From a virus (Duplodnaviria; Caudoviricetes): DNA of 63,153 nucleotides. How positions within the stretch are numbered: position 1 is the stretch's first letter; every line of letters begins with the position of its first letter. The position numbers were made by a program, and so were the translations under genes. Location of the stretch: positions 1 through 63,153 of IMG/VR virus record IMGVR_UViG_3300032132_000007. One strand, 5' to 3'. Below, in pieces: positions 27,942 to 35,833 of this stretch. The notes under the pieces were generated by a model. That model was given only the letters and a program-made list of their open reading frames with translations. It was not told the origin of the DNA and did no database searches.

Positions 27942-29054
27942 TCACAGTCCGCACAGCTCCCGGACTTCCTCCATCCGTTCCTGGATGTAGGTCGCAGCCT
28001 GTGTGCCACGACCATTCGCACCGGGCAGTGCTTTGACTCGCTCCCGGCAGGATTTGAGCTTTCTCAGTACGCTCAACCGCTGTGCCGAAACATCCAGGTC
28101 GTTCCCGGACTCGTCACAACCATCCATCGCTTCTTGGACTTCGGCAAGGATGGTGTTGATCTCCGACCCCACTGGATTGGCGATCTTTTCCACGATTGCC
28201 TGCACAACGGCAGGATGCTCCACCGGATCGGTCCAGTAGACATACTTGAGACACTCAAGGTGGTGTGGTTCCACCTCGTCGGCGTCGTCCAGATATGCTG
28301 CGGCACGCACCACATCCATTGAGGCACGCAGCCTGCGGTCACCGATCTCGATTCCTTCCTTCTTCAGCAGGTCGAGGATTTCCACGACCGCTTTCCACGC
28401 CGGTTCCGACACATCCAGCTCAGACGCAGCAATGATCGCGTCGTCGATCTCGTCCATTGTCGTGATCGGCTGAATGTCAGGCTGCGTACCCAGCATTAGC
28501 CGACGCCGATTAGCGTCAGACACCGGGCGAACAACCCCACGAATCAGGAACCTGTCGTACAGGGCAGCGGTCGTTTCGTACCCCTCTCCGACCGGCCATT
28601 CATTGCTGGCGGCGAAACACGAACGCATACGGCACTCAACAACATCAGTGCCATTGCGGAACGTCCGCTCGTTCAGCAACTTCAGCAACGTGTTGAGGAG
28701 AGCGGGTGACGCTTTCCAGATTTCATCCAGGAAGATCAGGTCTGCTGTCGGAGCGAACCCCTCGATCTTCCGAACGTAGTTGTCCTTCTTGAACTCGGTC
28801 ACGCTCATTTGTCCGACCAGTTCATCAGGCGGCAGGAACTTGTGCATGAGTGTGCCGAAGTGTTCACAGTCGTCGATTGTCTGTGCGAACGAGTCACACA
28901 GATATGACTTGCCAACGCCGGGAGGCCCGACCAGGCAGACGTTTTGCTCACTGATGAGACCGAGCAGCAGCATTTCGACCTGCTCGTCCCGTTCGACCAG
29001 ACAGCGGGCCAATGTGGTCCGCATCCCGTTGATTCCTGCGGCTGTTGCGTTCAT
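27942..29054 (-). CDS. MoxR/RavA-family AAA+ ATPase
   Basis: GPPGVGKS (Walker A), IFLDEIWKA (Walker B), LNTLLKLLNER, AASNE and ALYDRF; GGAGGT RBS. Confidence 0.93.
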   Translation of the reverse strand: MNATAAGINGMRTTLARCLVERDEQVEMLLLGLISEQNVCLVGPPGVGKSYLCDSFAQTIDDCEHFGTLMHKFLPPDELVGQMSVTEFKKDNYVRKIEGFAPTADLIFLDEIWKASPALLNTLLKLLNERTFRNGTDVVECRMRSCFAASNEWPVGEGYETTAALYDRFLIRGVVRPVSDANRRRLMLGTQPDIQPITTMDEIDDAIIAASELDVSEPAWKAVVEILDLLKKEGIEIGDRRLRASMDVVRAAAYLDDADEVEPHHLECLKYVYWTDPVEHPAVVQAIVEKIANPVGSEINTILAEVQEAMDGCDESGNDLDVSAQRLSVLRKLKSCRERVKALPGANGRGTQAATYIQERMEEVRELCGL

Positions 29055-29072
29055 GTGGTACCTCCAAGAAAC

Positions 29073-29135
29073 AAAAAGAGCCGGATCGACCACCGACCCG
29101 GCTACCAACCACCCATCCGGCCCTGCTTTTTACAG
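29073..29135 (-). promoter_or_regulatory. Repeated box+hairpin element, copy R4 (hairpin followed by a U-tract)
   Basis: Minus strand TGTAAAAAGCAGGGCCGGATGGGTGGTTGGT-AGCCGGGTCG-GTGGT-CGATCCGGCT-CTTTTT. Confidence 0.8.
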
Positions 29136-29150
29136 AGACTGCCTCTTCAC

Positions 29151-29315
29151 TCAGTCAAATACGTTATTCACGAAAAAATCATGCACGGTTGCTATTGCGG
29201 TTTCCTGCCGCTTCTTTTCGTCCAGTAAATCTGGGTCGTTGGCGACGATGCTCTCGTCGAGCGTGTTGCCGCCTGCCAGTTGCAGTACCATCTCTATCGC
29301 ATCTTCCAATTTCAT
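29151..29315 (-). CDS. Small hypothetical protein (54 aa, not in the ORF track)
   Basis: GAGGAG RBS; MKLEDAIEMVLQLAGG...FFVNNVFD*; lies between R3 and R4. Confidence 0.7.
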   Translation of the reverse strand: MKLEDAIEMVLQLAGGNTLDESIVANDPDLLDEKKRQETAIATVHDFFVNNVFD

Positions 29316-29329
29316 GTTCTCTCCTCTGA

Positions 29330-29366
29330 GAAACGATCCTCGAACACCACTCCCTGCTTTTTACAG
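29330..29366 (-). promoter_or_regulatory. Repeated element, partial copy R3
   Basis: Minus strand TGTAAAAAGCAGGGAGTGGTG. Confidence 0.6.
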
Positions 29367-29368
29367 GA

Positions 29369-29602
29369 CTACCAAGCCACACTCAGTGGCCCATAAGAGA
29401 ACAGGAACTCCAGTCTGTTCGCTCCCAGCCAGCCTCCACTGGTCGGACCACAGACGACAAACGGTCCACAGTGACCCGGATCATGGTCCTGGCCTGCTTC
29501 CAGCCCGGAGACCGCTTCTCCGAGGCTTAATGCCCAGCGCCAGCAGTCGCTGGCTCCCGATCCCGTCGTTTTTCGAAGCAGTGCGTACAGTTCTTTCCTC
29601 AT
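29369..29602 (-). CDS. Hypothetical protein
   Basis: Coupled ORF ending just before R3; composition atypical. Confidence 0.35.
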   Translation of the reverse strand: MRKELYALLRKTTGSGASDCWRWALSLGEAVSGLEAGQDHDPGHCGPFVVCGPTSGGWLGANRLEFLFSYGPLSVAW

Positions 29603-29799
29603 ATGGTCCCTTTCTTTTGCCAATCGTGGTCGTACTCGCCTGTCTGGGCATCGAAAACAGTCTCAAACCGGAGACTGATGTCTCCCGCTTTGACTCTTTC
29701 GACAAGCTTTTTTTCTGCTTCCGGGATCAGTGTGTCGGGGTCCGTGCCGGGAGCAGCCTCGACACTTATCACACTTTCCACGTCAAAGTCATAAATCAT
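29599..29799 (-). CDS. Hypothetical protein
   Basis: AGGAG RBS; ATGA overlaps. Confidence 0.65.
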   Translation of the reverse strand: MIYDFDVESVISVEAAPGTDPDTLIPEAEKKLVERVKAGDISLRFETVFDAQTGEYDHDWQKKGTI

Positions 29800-30107
29800 G
29801 TGGTGGCTCCTGCCAGTTGCTGTCGGAAATCACTCAGATCGGCCCGGAACGCTGCCATCTGTTCGGCAGAGAAGTCTGCCGTCATGTGCAGGCAGTCTGC
29901 TGTGCAGTTGATCGCTGTTCGCAACCATTTGGTGCGAATTACTGCGGTCGGCTGCCTGCAGAACTTCTCGAACCCTCTGATCGCCTCGATCCGGGAAGGG
30001 AACTCCCCGCACTCTCCCAGTCGGTCGTCACTCAGGTCACTGGCATGGAACTGTCTGCCTGCCAGCGACACTCGGATGCCGTCACGCTCTACAACTGCTT
30101 CTCTCAT
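29796..30107 (-). CDS. Hypothetical protein
   Basis: TGGAGGTACCACATG start context identical to that of the AAA ATPase gene. Confidence 0.65.
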   Translation of the reverse strand: MREAVVERDGIRVSLAGRQFHASDLSDDRLGECGEFPSRIEAIRGFEKFCRQPTAVIRTKWLRTAINCTADCLHMTADFSAEQMAAFRADLSDFRQQLAGATT

Positions 30108-30136
30108 GTGGTACCTCCATCTCGCCATAAACCGCT

Positions 30137-30188
30137 CGGATCGACCATCGACCCGCAACAACCATCCATCCGGCCCTTCTGTTTACAC
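30137..30188 (-). promoter_or_regulatory. Repeated box+hairpin element, copy R2
   Basis: Minus strand TGTAAACAGAAGGGCCGGATGGATGGTTG...CGGGTCGA-TGG-TCGATCCG. Confidence 0.8.
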
Positions 30189-30413
30189 AGCAGATTCTTC
30201 CGGCACGATGACCGCCCTGAATGCTCCGTAGATTTGGACCCTAAGCTGGCAGCACACCACATGGGTCATGTTTCTTTGCGACCACCCTGGACCGCCATTG
30301 GTCGCTTCACAAATCTCCTCCAGTGCAGAGAGCCAGTCGGTGATTTTGTCCGTGACGGCCTGCTTGCCCTCGGTGTCCCGAAGGTCTTTAAGGTTTTCAA
30401 TGAGTTTGTCCAT
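30183..30413 (-). CDS. Hypothetical protein
   Basis: CAGGAG RBS before ATG 30413. Confidence 0.6.
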   Translation of the reverse strand: MDKLIENLKDLRDTEGKQAVTDKITDWLSALEEICEATNGGPGWSQRNMTHVVCCQLRVQIYGAFRAVIVPEESAV

Positions 30414-30445
30414 GAGATTGCTCCTGTGAGTAGTTGGGGAAGCAG

Positions 30446-30499
30446 CGGATCGACCATCGACCCGTCGCCAAATACCCATCGGTCCCTGCTGTTCAAAGA
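30446..30499 (-). promoter_or_regulatory. Repeated box+hairpin element, copy R1
   Basis: Minus strand TTTGAACAGCAGGGACCGATGGGT...CGGGTCGA-TGG-TCGATCCG; same hairpin as R2. Confidence 0.8.
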
Positions 30500-30701
30500 G
30501 AAGAACTAGAAGTGTCTGCCCGCCTCACGTTCACCGGGCTGAAAGTCGCGCGCGTTTCCCTTTCTCCGTAATGCCGATACTGCCGCAGTCTTTCGTTCTC
30601 AAGACGGAACGACTCCGCTCTCGTCACGCTCAAAGTGCTGGGTCCGAGCAGTGTTCCCCTGGTGTCTGTAAGTATGGCCGGAAATCCGGCCTGGAATCAC
30701 C

Positions 30702-30730
30702 GTAAACCCATCGGTCCCTACGGTTTACAC
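30702..30730 (-). promoter_or_regulatory. Repeated box, copy R7 (leftward of the divergent pair)
   Basis: Minus strand GTGTAAACCGTAGGGACCGATGGGTTTAC. Confidence 0.65.
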
Positions 30731-30770
30731 GCAGGCATTAAATACAGGAACAGTGTCTGTACTTGTTTTT

Positions 30771-30830
30771 CTCTTTACAAAGCAGGGACCGATGGTCTGA
30801 TGTTGTCCGGTCGGCTGCGTTGGTCGGCTG
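30771..30830 (+). promoter_or_regulatory. Repeated box, copy R8 (rightward of the divergent pair)
   Basis: Plus strand CTCTTTACAAAGCAGGGACCGATGG, then a weak GU-rich hairpin and an AAGGAGG RBS. Confidence 0.7.
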
Positions 30831-30862
30831 TGGTTTGTTGTTCTGAAGGAGGCACCGACGTG

Positions 30863-31261
30863 ATGAGAGAAAACGAAGTTCTGCGGCGGTTGGCTGCGGG
30901 GAGGCTCAAACGCCGCGAGACGATGTACCGTTGCAAGGCTGCGGGCTATTTGCGGGAAAGACCGGATTCGGTAGACGATGCGGTTCAAGATCTGCTGATG
31001 CTCGATCATCAGCGGTCTGCTTCAATTCCGGACGATCGGCACAGGTTTGTCCGCTGCTGGAATTTGTGGCTAATGCAAGAGCATCGTCGACGTGCAAAGG
31101 AAGAGCGCACCGCCGAAGCCGTGACCACATACGGCGAACTGAAGCGCATCAGGATCCGGGATATCCACCGGGGGTCAGACGGGAAACCGGTACCAGTCCT
31201 GGCGAATGGTCTGCTGCACAGAAACCCGACAACGCCGGACAAATACGCAGAGTACTGCTGA
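30863..31261 (+). CDS. Hypothetical protein with weak resemblance to ECF sigma region 2
   Basis: AAGGAGG RBS; MYRCKAAGYL..DSVDDAVQDLLM..RFVRCW..EHRRR. Confidence 0.55.
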   Translation: MRENEVLRRLAAGRLKRRETMYRCKAAGYLRERPDSVDDAVQDLLMLDHQRSASIPDDRHRFVRCWNLWLMQEHRRRAKEERTAEAVTTYGELKRIRIRDIHRGSDGKPVPVLANGLLHRNPTTPDKYAEYC

Positions 31262-31317
31262 GTGAAACGCGACAGGAACCACCACTTTTCTTTTCTCGAC
31301 ATTGAAGGACAGAAGAC

Positions 31318-31815
31318 ATGAAAACGACACGCAAAACAGCACGTAAAACGGCACGTAAATCCAGCAGCCGGAAACAGACCGCCAGTCAGAAACTGACTGC
31401 GTTTGTGACGAGGATGATTGCGGAATTCGGCGACGACGACGACGCAGCAGAGATGATCCAGACCATTGGAATTCTGCAGGCGGACAGCCCGCCATATGTC
31501 AAGAAATCTGCCAGGATGATTGACCGGGCAGCACGACGACAGACGGACGACTTCGATCTGCTTGAGGACTTGGCGGACGAAGCAGAGGACTGGACAGAAT
31601 CGCCACAGGTCGAGACTCTGCCAGGCGTCTACATCAAGCCTGCTTCAGGGGATTACCCCGCTATGCTGGCAATTCGGAAAACGCTCCGCGGAGCGGTCGG
31701 CGAAGGCAAAGAGACGTGGTGTGGTCCGGCGATCTGTCAGACACTGCTCGACACGATTGCGGACGGCAGTCTTCAGAACACGCTGGACGCAGTCGTGAAG
31801 GCTAACGCAGACTGA
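31318..31815 (+). CDS. Hypothetical protein, basic KTARK N-terminus plus acidic core
   Basis: AAGGA RBS; 165-aa ORF. Confidence 0.7.
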   Translation: MKTTRKTARKTARKSSSRKQTASQKLTAFVTRMIAEFGDDDDAAEMIQTIGILQADSPPYVKKSARMIDRAARRQTDDFDLLEDLADEAEDWTESPQVETLPGVYIKPASGDYPAMLAIRKTLRGAVGEGKETWCGPAICQTLLDTIADGSLQNTLDAVVKANAD

Positions 31816-32423
31816 TTGACTGCCAGCATGTGAGACAGCGTCCGGTGCCGCAGTGGTGCCGGACGTTTTTTCATGCGCTGACAGGGAGGCCGACAGGGGC
31901 GCCACAGGTGACGGTAGAGCCGGACAGCTACCCGGACAGCCTACGCCACCAACGGAGCGCCTGCAGGCTCTCTGCATCTCTCACGATACAGGACACAGGG
32001 TCGATCGATCTGCCGGCGTGTCCAGCCGGACCAGTCGCGTCACGCAGCTGGCCCGGCGGATTGCTCCGGGCCGTGGTCCAGTCAGCGATGCAGGCTCACG
32101 GGATGACCGGACAGACGCCGGACCCGCACGAACGCCGATTCCCTTGCCATTGCAGGGGATTTCACGATACAGGCCGGGACTGGTGCTGTAAGAATGTGGA
32201 GGTCACGCGAATCGCGATGGCTTTGCCTTTTATTTACATGAGAAGTCTGAACCCGACCCCCCCGGGCCTCCCGGCCCGGTTCCCCCACAATTAGCCACAC
32301 CCCGTTCATCCCGCTGTTACGTGAACCGTTTCGAGTCAGGAGGCCCGTTCGCCCCCCAACCCGAGGTAGGAGTCGTCTTTTGGATTTGCGTCGTTTTTAG
32401 GTCGATTTGAAGGAGCTGTACCA

Positions 32424-32828
32424 ATGGAGTGTGTCAATCTGCGTGAGGAGTTTGGTGATCGTTACCGTTTGTTTTTTGATGCGAGTGTTCCAGTGAGTGG
32501 TCCTGGTCGTGATACGGGTCGTCGTGATCCGTGGATGATGTGTCTGAGGACGGGTAGTAGGAACGGTCGGTTTGTGGAGTTGTATCCTGGTGGTGGTGGT
32601 CGTTTGCGTGTGGACGTTGATTATCGTGGTCCGACTGTGTCGCGGTTACTGGCGATAGAGGGTGTCGAGTTGGTTCAGGACGGTGACCGGGAGAAGACGT
32701 TGGAGTTTGACGTAGGTTTATTTGGTGATGTGGATGCGGTGTTGAAGTTCCGTCGTAAGCGTCAGTTGAGTGACGAGGAGCGTGCGCGTTTGCGTGCGCA
32801 GATACTTGCGGTGCGTGCTGAGGGGTGA
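32424..32828 (+). CDS. Hypothetical protein
   Basis: AAGGAG RBS; G+T-skewed coding strand. Confidence 0.7.
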   Translation: MECVNLREEFGDRYRLFFDASVPVSGPGRDTGRRDPWMMCLRTGSRNGRFVELYPGGGGRLRVDVDYRGPTVSRLLAIEGVELVQDGDREKTLEFDVGLFGDVDAVLKFRRKRQLSDEERARLRAQILAVRAEG

Positions 32829-32838
32829 TTGCCGACAA

Positions 32839-32883
32839 GTCGGAATTGTCGGAATCGGCTGTCGGAATGTCGGAATCGGCTGT
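32839..32883 (+). repeat. Four GTCGGAAT direct repeats (iteron/binding-site-like)
   Basis: gtcggaatt gtcggaatcggct gtcggaat gtcggaatcggct. Confidence 0.85.
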
Positions 32884-32957
32884 TCATATCTTTCGCGAAT
32901 GCGGGATATGACGGGGTTTCACTGGTGAATGTGTTTAGATTCGTAAAGGAGTGAGAG

Positions 32958-33236
32958 ATGATCAGTGTGAGTACGAGATTTGAGACGGTGTTCGAGGAGT
33001 GTCCATTTAGTGAGTTGGCGTCGCGGGATCCTGAGAGTCTGGGTGCAGAATCCACGGAGTCGCTTGTGGAGTCGGTGTCTTTGCTCCGAGCGTTGATGGC
33101 GAAGGTTTTCATTGAGGGTATTGGTTTTGCGGCGGACAGTGTTGCTGACGGTGTGGCTTTGGAAGATCTGGGGGAATCGTGCGTCGAGTTGCACGATCAT
33201 CTGACCTCGATTCTGGAAGACTTGAGGAGGGAATGA
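32958..33236 (+). CDS. Hypothetical acidic protein
   Basis: AAGGAG RBS; coupled to the recombinase gene. Confidence 0.65.
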   Translation: MISVSTRFETVFEECPFSELASRDPESLGAESTESLVESVSLLRALMAKVFIEGIGFAADSVADGVALEDLGESCVELHDHLTSILEDLRRE

Positions 33237-34000
33237 TGGAGAGTCGAAAACTGCCTGTGGAGATATTGAGTAGTGATGATTTCCGTGCGTTGTATGAGAA
33301 TTTGAGTTACACGAAGCAGGTGAGTCGTGGGAGGTTGGGTCCGGACAGGCGCTGGCAGTGGTTGTTGTTGCGTGGGCGCGCGTTGTTGTTCGTGCTGTGG
33401 GGGACTGGTGTTCGCGTGAGTGAGTTGTTGAATCTGACGTTGGACGACGTGAATCTGGCTGAGTGGCGGATTGTGGTTCGTCAGGGGAAGGGTGGTAAGT
33501 CTCGTGTGGTGTGTTTTGACCGTGAGACGCATGACGCGTTGAGTGCGTGGATTTATCTTCGGGACGGAGAGGATGGTGGGAACGCGTTGTTTCCGCGTTG
33601 TCCGGTTGGTGGTCCGTCTGAGGAGTGGGAGCGGAAAGAGGCACCGAACGGTCGGACGCTGCATATGTGGCTTTCGAAGCTGACGAAGCGGGCTGGTATC
33701 ACGAAGCGGGTGCATCCGCACTGTTTCCGGCACACCCATGCTCACCGTATGGATCAGCGTCGTGTTCCGATGAGTGTGATTCAGAAGCAGTTGGGTCACA
33801 GCAATTTGAGTACGACGAACACGTATTTGAGTCATGTGGACACGGATACGCAGGGTGAGTTCATGAAGCACGCTCCGGGTGTCCTTCCGGGGGCTGTGCC
33901 CCAACCTCTGACGGGTACCGAGCGAGAGACACCGAGTCCTCTGGGATTCGATGGTTGTGCCGACAGTCACCTGTGTGTGGTGGAGACGTACGGGTACTGA
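33233..34000 (+). CDS. Tyrosine recombinase/integrase, catalytic domain only
   Basis: TGVRVSELL (R), QGKGGKSR (K), HPHCFRH (HxxR), LGHSN (H) and TNTYL (Y); GAGGAGG RBS; only about 60 aa precede the first Arg. Confidence 0.92.
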   Translation: MMESRKLPVEILSSDDFRALYENLSYTKQVSRGRLGPDRRWQWLLLRGRALLFVLWGTGVRVSELLNLTLDDVNLAEWRIVVRQGKGGKSRVVCFDRETHDALSAWIYLRDGEDGGNALFPRCPVGGPSEEWERKEAPNGRTLHMWLSKLTKRAGITKRVHPHCFRHTHAHRMDQRRVPMSVIQKQLGHSNLSTTNTYLSHVDTDTQGEFMKHAPGVLPGAVPQPLTGTERETPSPLGFDGCADSHLCVVETYGY

Positions 34001-34004
34001 GTCT

Positions 34005-34144
34005 CCGAAGGCGCCCAAGATGCCCACACACGGGTACGGGGCGCCTTGGGCGCCTTCGGGCGCCTTCGGGCGCGGGAAATACGTCCGGGGAGAGCTGACT
34101 GGTGGCATATCCAGGCCGGAATATCCAGGTGGCTCCTGGATATT
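34005..34144. repeat. Clustered short direct and inverted repeats downstream of the recombinase
   Basis: GGGCGCCTT(C/G) x3 plus an inverted copy (CCGAAGGCGCCC); ATATCCAGG x2 plus an inverted CCTGGATAT. Confidence 0.75.
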
Positions 34145-34308
34145 GAAATGCGTGCGAATTCAAAAACGTACTGTGGCATTGCAGATCGTGCGGTTTCGCA
34201 CCGCGAGTTCTTTAGAACTTCGGATTCGAACATCTAACTCAATGGGCTTACATCATTGTCCGTTCCAACGCAGCCGATTGAGAGCTGCCTCAGTATGGAC
34301 AGGAGGAT

Positions 34309-34506
34309 GTGAGTATGTCGAAGCGGAAAATGAATCCACTGATGGTGACGTACGACGAAGCTGGGGAAATGCTGGGAGTGTGCTCCCGTGTTGTCTGGCA
34401 ACTGGTGAAGGATGGGCGATTGACTGCGGTCCAGATTGGTCGATCTGTTCGGATCCCTGTTGCCGAGCTGGAACGATTTATGGCTGACCACACTCGCCAC
34501 CCATAG
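34309..34506 (+). CDS. Excisionase-like HTH (HTH_17) protein 1
   Basis: VTYDEAGEMLGVCSRVVWQLVKDGRL..VQIGRSVRIP; AGGAGG RBS. Confidence 0.88.
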   Translation: MSMSKRKMNPLMVTYDEAGEMLGVCSRVVWQLVKDGRLTAVQIGRSVRIPVAELERFMADHTRHP

Positions 34507-34519
34507 ACCAAAAAACGGA

Positions 34520-34620
34520 GTTACCGGTCAGTTACCGCACTTCGGGTGGGATGCGGTGTTTTCCAAAGGTTCTGGGTGGTTTTGGTTACCGCTGCGGTTA
34601 CCGGTAGCTCGCACTTCGAG
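34520..34620 (+). repeat. GTTACCG x4 and GCACTTCG x2 between the two excisionase-like genes
   Basis: agttaccggtcagttaccgcacttcg ... ggttaccgctgcggttaccggtagctcgcacttcg. Confidence 0.75.
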
Positions 34621-34707
34621 TTCCCCCCGATACACACTCATGTGTCAGTGGTGCGGCGAGGCGAAGAGTCTCACACCCCTGTACATTCACGTAATCGGGG
34701 GAGTGCA

Positions 34708-34899
34708 ATGGAGTCCAACAGACTGGTGACTTACAGGGATGCGACGGAGATGTTGAGTGTCTGCACTCGGACGGTCAGGAAATTGGTGGAGACAGGTAAG
34801 CTGCGTCGCGTGAAAATTGGTTCGGCGGTGCGTATACCGCTGCGGGACATCGAGAAATACATCGAGGGAGGTGGCGATGTACCAGCAGTGGAAAGATGA
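34708..34899 (+). CDS. Excisionase-like HTH (HTH_17) protein 2
   Basis: VTYRDATEMLSVCTRTVRKLVETGKL..VKIGSAVRIP; paralogue of 34309-34506. Confidence 0.88.
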   Translation: MESNRLVTYRDATEMLSVCTRTVRKLVETGKLRRVKIGSAVRIPLRDIEKYIEGGGDVPAVER

Positions 34900-35833
34900 G
34901 TCGGGGGATTCGAATTCGGCGGGGAAGTGGCAGGCTCTGCGTCTCGACCGGTTCGAGATGAAGGGGGCACGCGTACTCGATATCGGGTGCAATGCGGGGT
35001 ATTTCGCGGGGAAGTGCCTGCAAACTGGTGCGGAGACCGTGGTCGGGATCGACAAGGATCCGGAGATGATCACGTTGGCACGCGCGAGGTATCCAGGTGC
35101 CGAGTTCGTGTGCGAGGACTGGGGCTGGCCCTTTCCGGACGAGCATAAGTTCGATTTGGTCCTGTTCCTGTCGGCGCTGCATTACGCACACTACCCGGCA
35201 GGTGTGCAGGATGTCCTGTCTGCCTGTTGGGAGTCCCTATCAGAAGACGGGATGCTTGTGCTGGAGTGTGGTGCGATCCGGGAACCTGGCCTGTTCGCTC
35301 AGGATGTGACGCGTGATGACGGTTCGACCGTGCCGATGATGTCGGTCGGGGAGCTGTCTCGTATGCTGAGTCAGACGGGGTTCACACTGCGTAACCGTGG
35401 CAAGTCAGTCAAGCAGAAAGGTGACCCGATCGAGAGGTACGTGTACCACTGCCACAAGATTATCAGGACGCTGGTGGTGGTGTCTGGTGAGAGTTTCGCT
35501 GGGAAGACGCAGTTGTGCCGCGACCTGAAAGTCCCGACGTTTGAGTGGGATCAGTTCGTGCTGCGGTCTTCGAAACTGGCGCGGGGTGTGTCGGAAGACT
35601 GTCTGCTCGATTACAGATGGGCCGAGGCGGTTACGAGCGTCGACCTGTCTGGTTTCTACAGCACGATCCGCGACACTCCCGAGCTGTACAGCGAGATGAT
35701 TTTTGCGGGATTCCAATCGCTACCCGACGTACCAGTGGTGGTGGTGGATGCGATCGACACGGTCGCAGAGGGTCTGATCGCACGCGCGGACGCGTGCGGG
35801 TGGAGAGTCTGGGAGGCTACCAAGTGCAACTGA
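34877..35833 (+). CDS. Class I SAM-dependent methyltransferase with a C-terminal P-loop-like domain
   Basis: RVLDIGCNAGYF, VVGID and FDLVLFLSALHY; then VVVSGESFAGKT (Walker A). Confidence 0.85.
   Translation: MYQQWKDESGDSNSAGKWQALRLDRFEMKGARVLDIGCNAGYFAGKCLQTGAETVVGIDKDPEMITLARARYPGAEFVCEDWGWPFPDEHKFDLVLFLSALHYAHYPAGVQDVLSACWESLSEDGMLVLECGAIREPGLFAQDVTRDDGSTVPMMSVGELSRMLSQTGFTLRNRGKSVKQKGDPIERYVYHCHKIIRTLVVVSGESFAGKTQLCRDLKVPTFEWDQFVLRSSKLARGVSEDCLLDYRWAEAVTSVDLSGFYSTIRDTPELYSEMIFAGFQSLPDVPVVVVDAIDTVAEGLIARADACGWRVWEATKCN

Noticed and set aside
28780-30231. 483-aa plus-strand ORF
   Set aside because: Antisense shadow over several minus-strand genes with good RBSs; no protein-like motifs.
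24962-30830. Repeats as a CRISPR array or integron attC sites
   Set aside because: Copies are degenerate and separated by whole genes; there are no cas genes, no consistent RYYYAAC/GTTRRRY ends, and no evident IntI-specific insertion in the recombinase.
31816-32423. ORFs or tRNA genes in the long intergenic gap
   Set aside because: The ORFs lack RBSs and protein-like composition; no cloverleaf was recognised by eye here or elsewhere (tRNAscan not run).
32434-34108. H/T/P/Q-rich minus-strand ORFs (32434-32838, 32919-33644, 33197-34108)
   Set aside because: By-products of the G+T skew opposite real plus-strand genes.
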